Made by a program: the position numbers and the translations under genes
From: Scyliorhinus canicula
Lineage: Eukaryota
Length of the DNA stretch: 64,000 bases
Direction: 5' to 3'
Assembly: GCF_902713615.1 (NCBI RefSeq)
Contig: NC_052152.1
Span: 167,832,712-167,896,711, forward strand
In this document: one piece after another, positions 62,843-64,000 of the stretch
How positions within the stretch are numbered: position 1 is the first letter of the stretch
Layout of the letters: each line of letters opens with the position of its first letter
Notes under the pieces: model-generated
Told to the model about the DNA's origin: nothing
Databases searched by the model: none
The model's input: the letters and a program-made list of their open reading frames with translations, nothing else

Positions 62843-63420
62843 CGTCATGTGGGAGTACCTTTAAGAAATGGGTGCTTAAGAAATGTACCTTTAAGAAATG
62901 AGTGTGTATCAGTGATGTCAGATTGTGGGTTGAGCTGGGCTGTCTGTCAGCGTTTTACTTTCGTTTTAGGCTGTTTGCTGCAGGGTGTGTTTTCAGTTCG
63001 TTTTCAGTGTTGGAGCTGAAGCCAGATAGAGCAGGTGTACTGTTGATCTCTCTGCCATAAAATACTATCTCTTGATCATTTGGTGAATTCAGAATTATAA
63101 ATGTTCTCAGTAATGAATGTAAACCTAACACCTGGGATAAGGTGTTTCTTTTGTCTTCTGGATGTTGTTTGGGAAGTTATTAAGGATTACTTAGCGTTAT
63201 ATAATTTGGGGGTTGTATTTGAATTGGTGGTTGCTAAGATATTCACTGTATGTTTTTAAAAAAAGGTTAACTTGAGTTCATAGAATAACACTTTTCTATT
63301 TCTGCTGTACCACACCTGTAGAGTGGGCCGTGTGCTCCCCATACCATAATCTATTAAAAGTTGTGGGTAAGGCGAACTCTATGCTACACTTTGGGGTTCT
63401 CTAAACCCTGGCCCATAACA
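62843..63420. mobile_element. Solo LTR (about 580 bp)
   Basis: (C/T)GTCATG...CATAACA termini; flanks attc/cttc; internal gtacctttaagaaatg repeats. Confidence 0.65.
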
Positions 63421-64000
63421 CTTCTGTTTAAGTGTTTATTCTAGATGGTCATAATTCTAAATGTGGTGACTTTGAAAATATTGATTATAATCCCAATTCT
63501 TACATGTCTAGGATTTATTAATATTTGCAGTACCATGAGGTCGATTTAATGCAAACAGCTAAAGAATTAAGCCAATAATACATCAAAGGCTCTTCTTGCT
63601 TTTGCACATTAATTGCCAATGAATCAAATCTAGTAATTAACAGCTTAAGTACTCTTTTGGTAATTACAATACGTCCACAGAGGCAGAAGTCCTTTCACCA
63701 GAATCCCATCTGCATTCAGCTTACTATCTACACTGGGAGTGCAAAGGATCTGACACTCCCTGTTATATACAAAGAAGAGGTTCCCTGATTGGGCCACTGA
63801 CCAGGGAACTTGAATTCCAATTGGCCAATCCCAAGGAGCCTGTCTCAGGCATTACAGTAATTCCGATAATTGTTAATGCCTGCTAATGAATGATTCGGGT
63901 CCCAGTGTCAACATTCGTTATAGAAAACTCTAGTGTGGGAAGGAGGGAATGCGGGTAAAGACAGGAAATGAAGAAGGGGAAAGGAAAAGAGAAAGGAGGA

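Overview
This is vertebrate (eukaryotic) genomic DNA, almost certainly from a cartilaginous fish and probably a catshark-like shark. The assignment rests on many HE1-type V-SINEs with CR1/HER1 tails and abundant GC-rich Harbinger-type MITEs. The window is a dense, nested transposable-element landscape, probably intronic or intergenic. Main contents: (1) a complete two-LTR Gypsy derivative with gag and protease only (461-3999, minus); (2) a near-intact hAT transposon with TIRs, an 8-bp TSD and an 807-aa transposase (4546-8259); (3) a degraded Gypsy pol (about 54740-58430, minus); (4) several solo LTRs with TSDs; (5) Harbinger transposase and Myb/SANT remnants plus many MITEs; (6) CR1/L2 fragments and about 15 HE1-like SINEs in two tail types. 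The most unusual structure is a 2.7-kb GC-rich foldback element (38589-41283) with Harbinger-like termini. Its giant internal palindrome is built around three ~75-bp hairpin modules that match the ends of the hAT element 35 kb away. A few candidate host-gene exons on the minus strand are reported at low confidence. Most short ORFs in the ORF track are spurious. All calls come from visual reading; no database searches were run.
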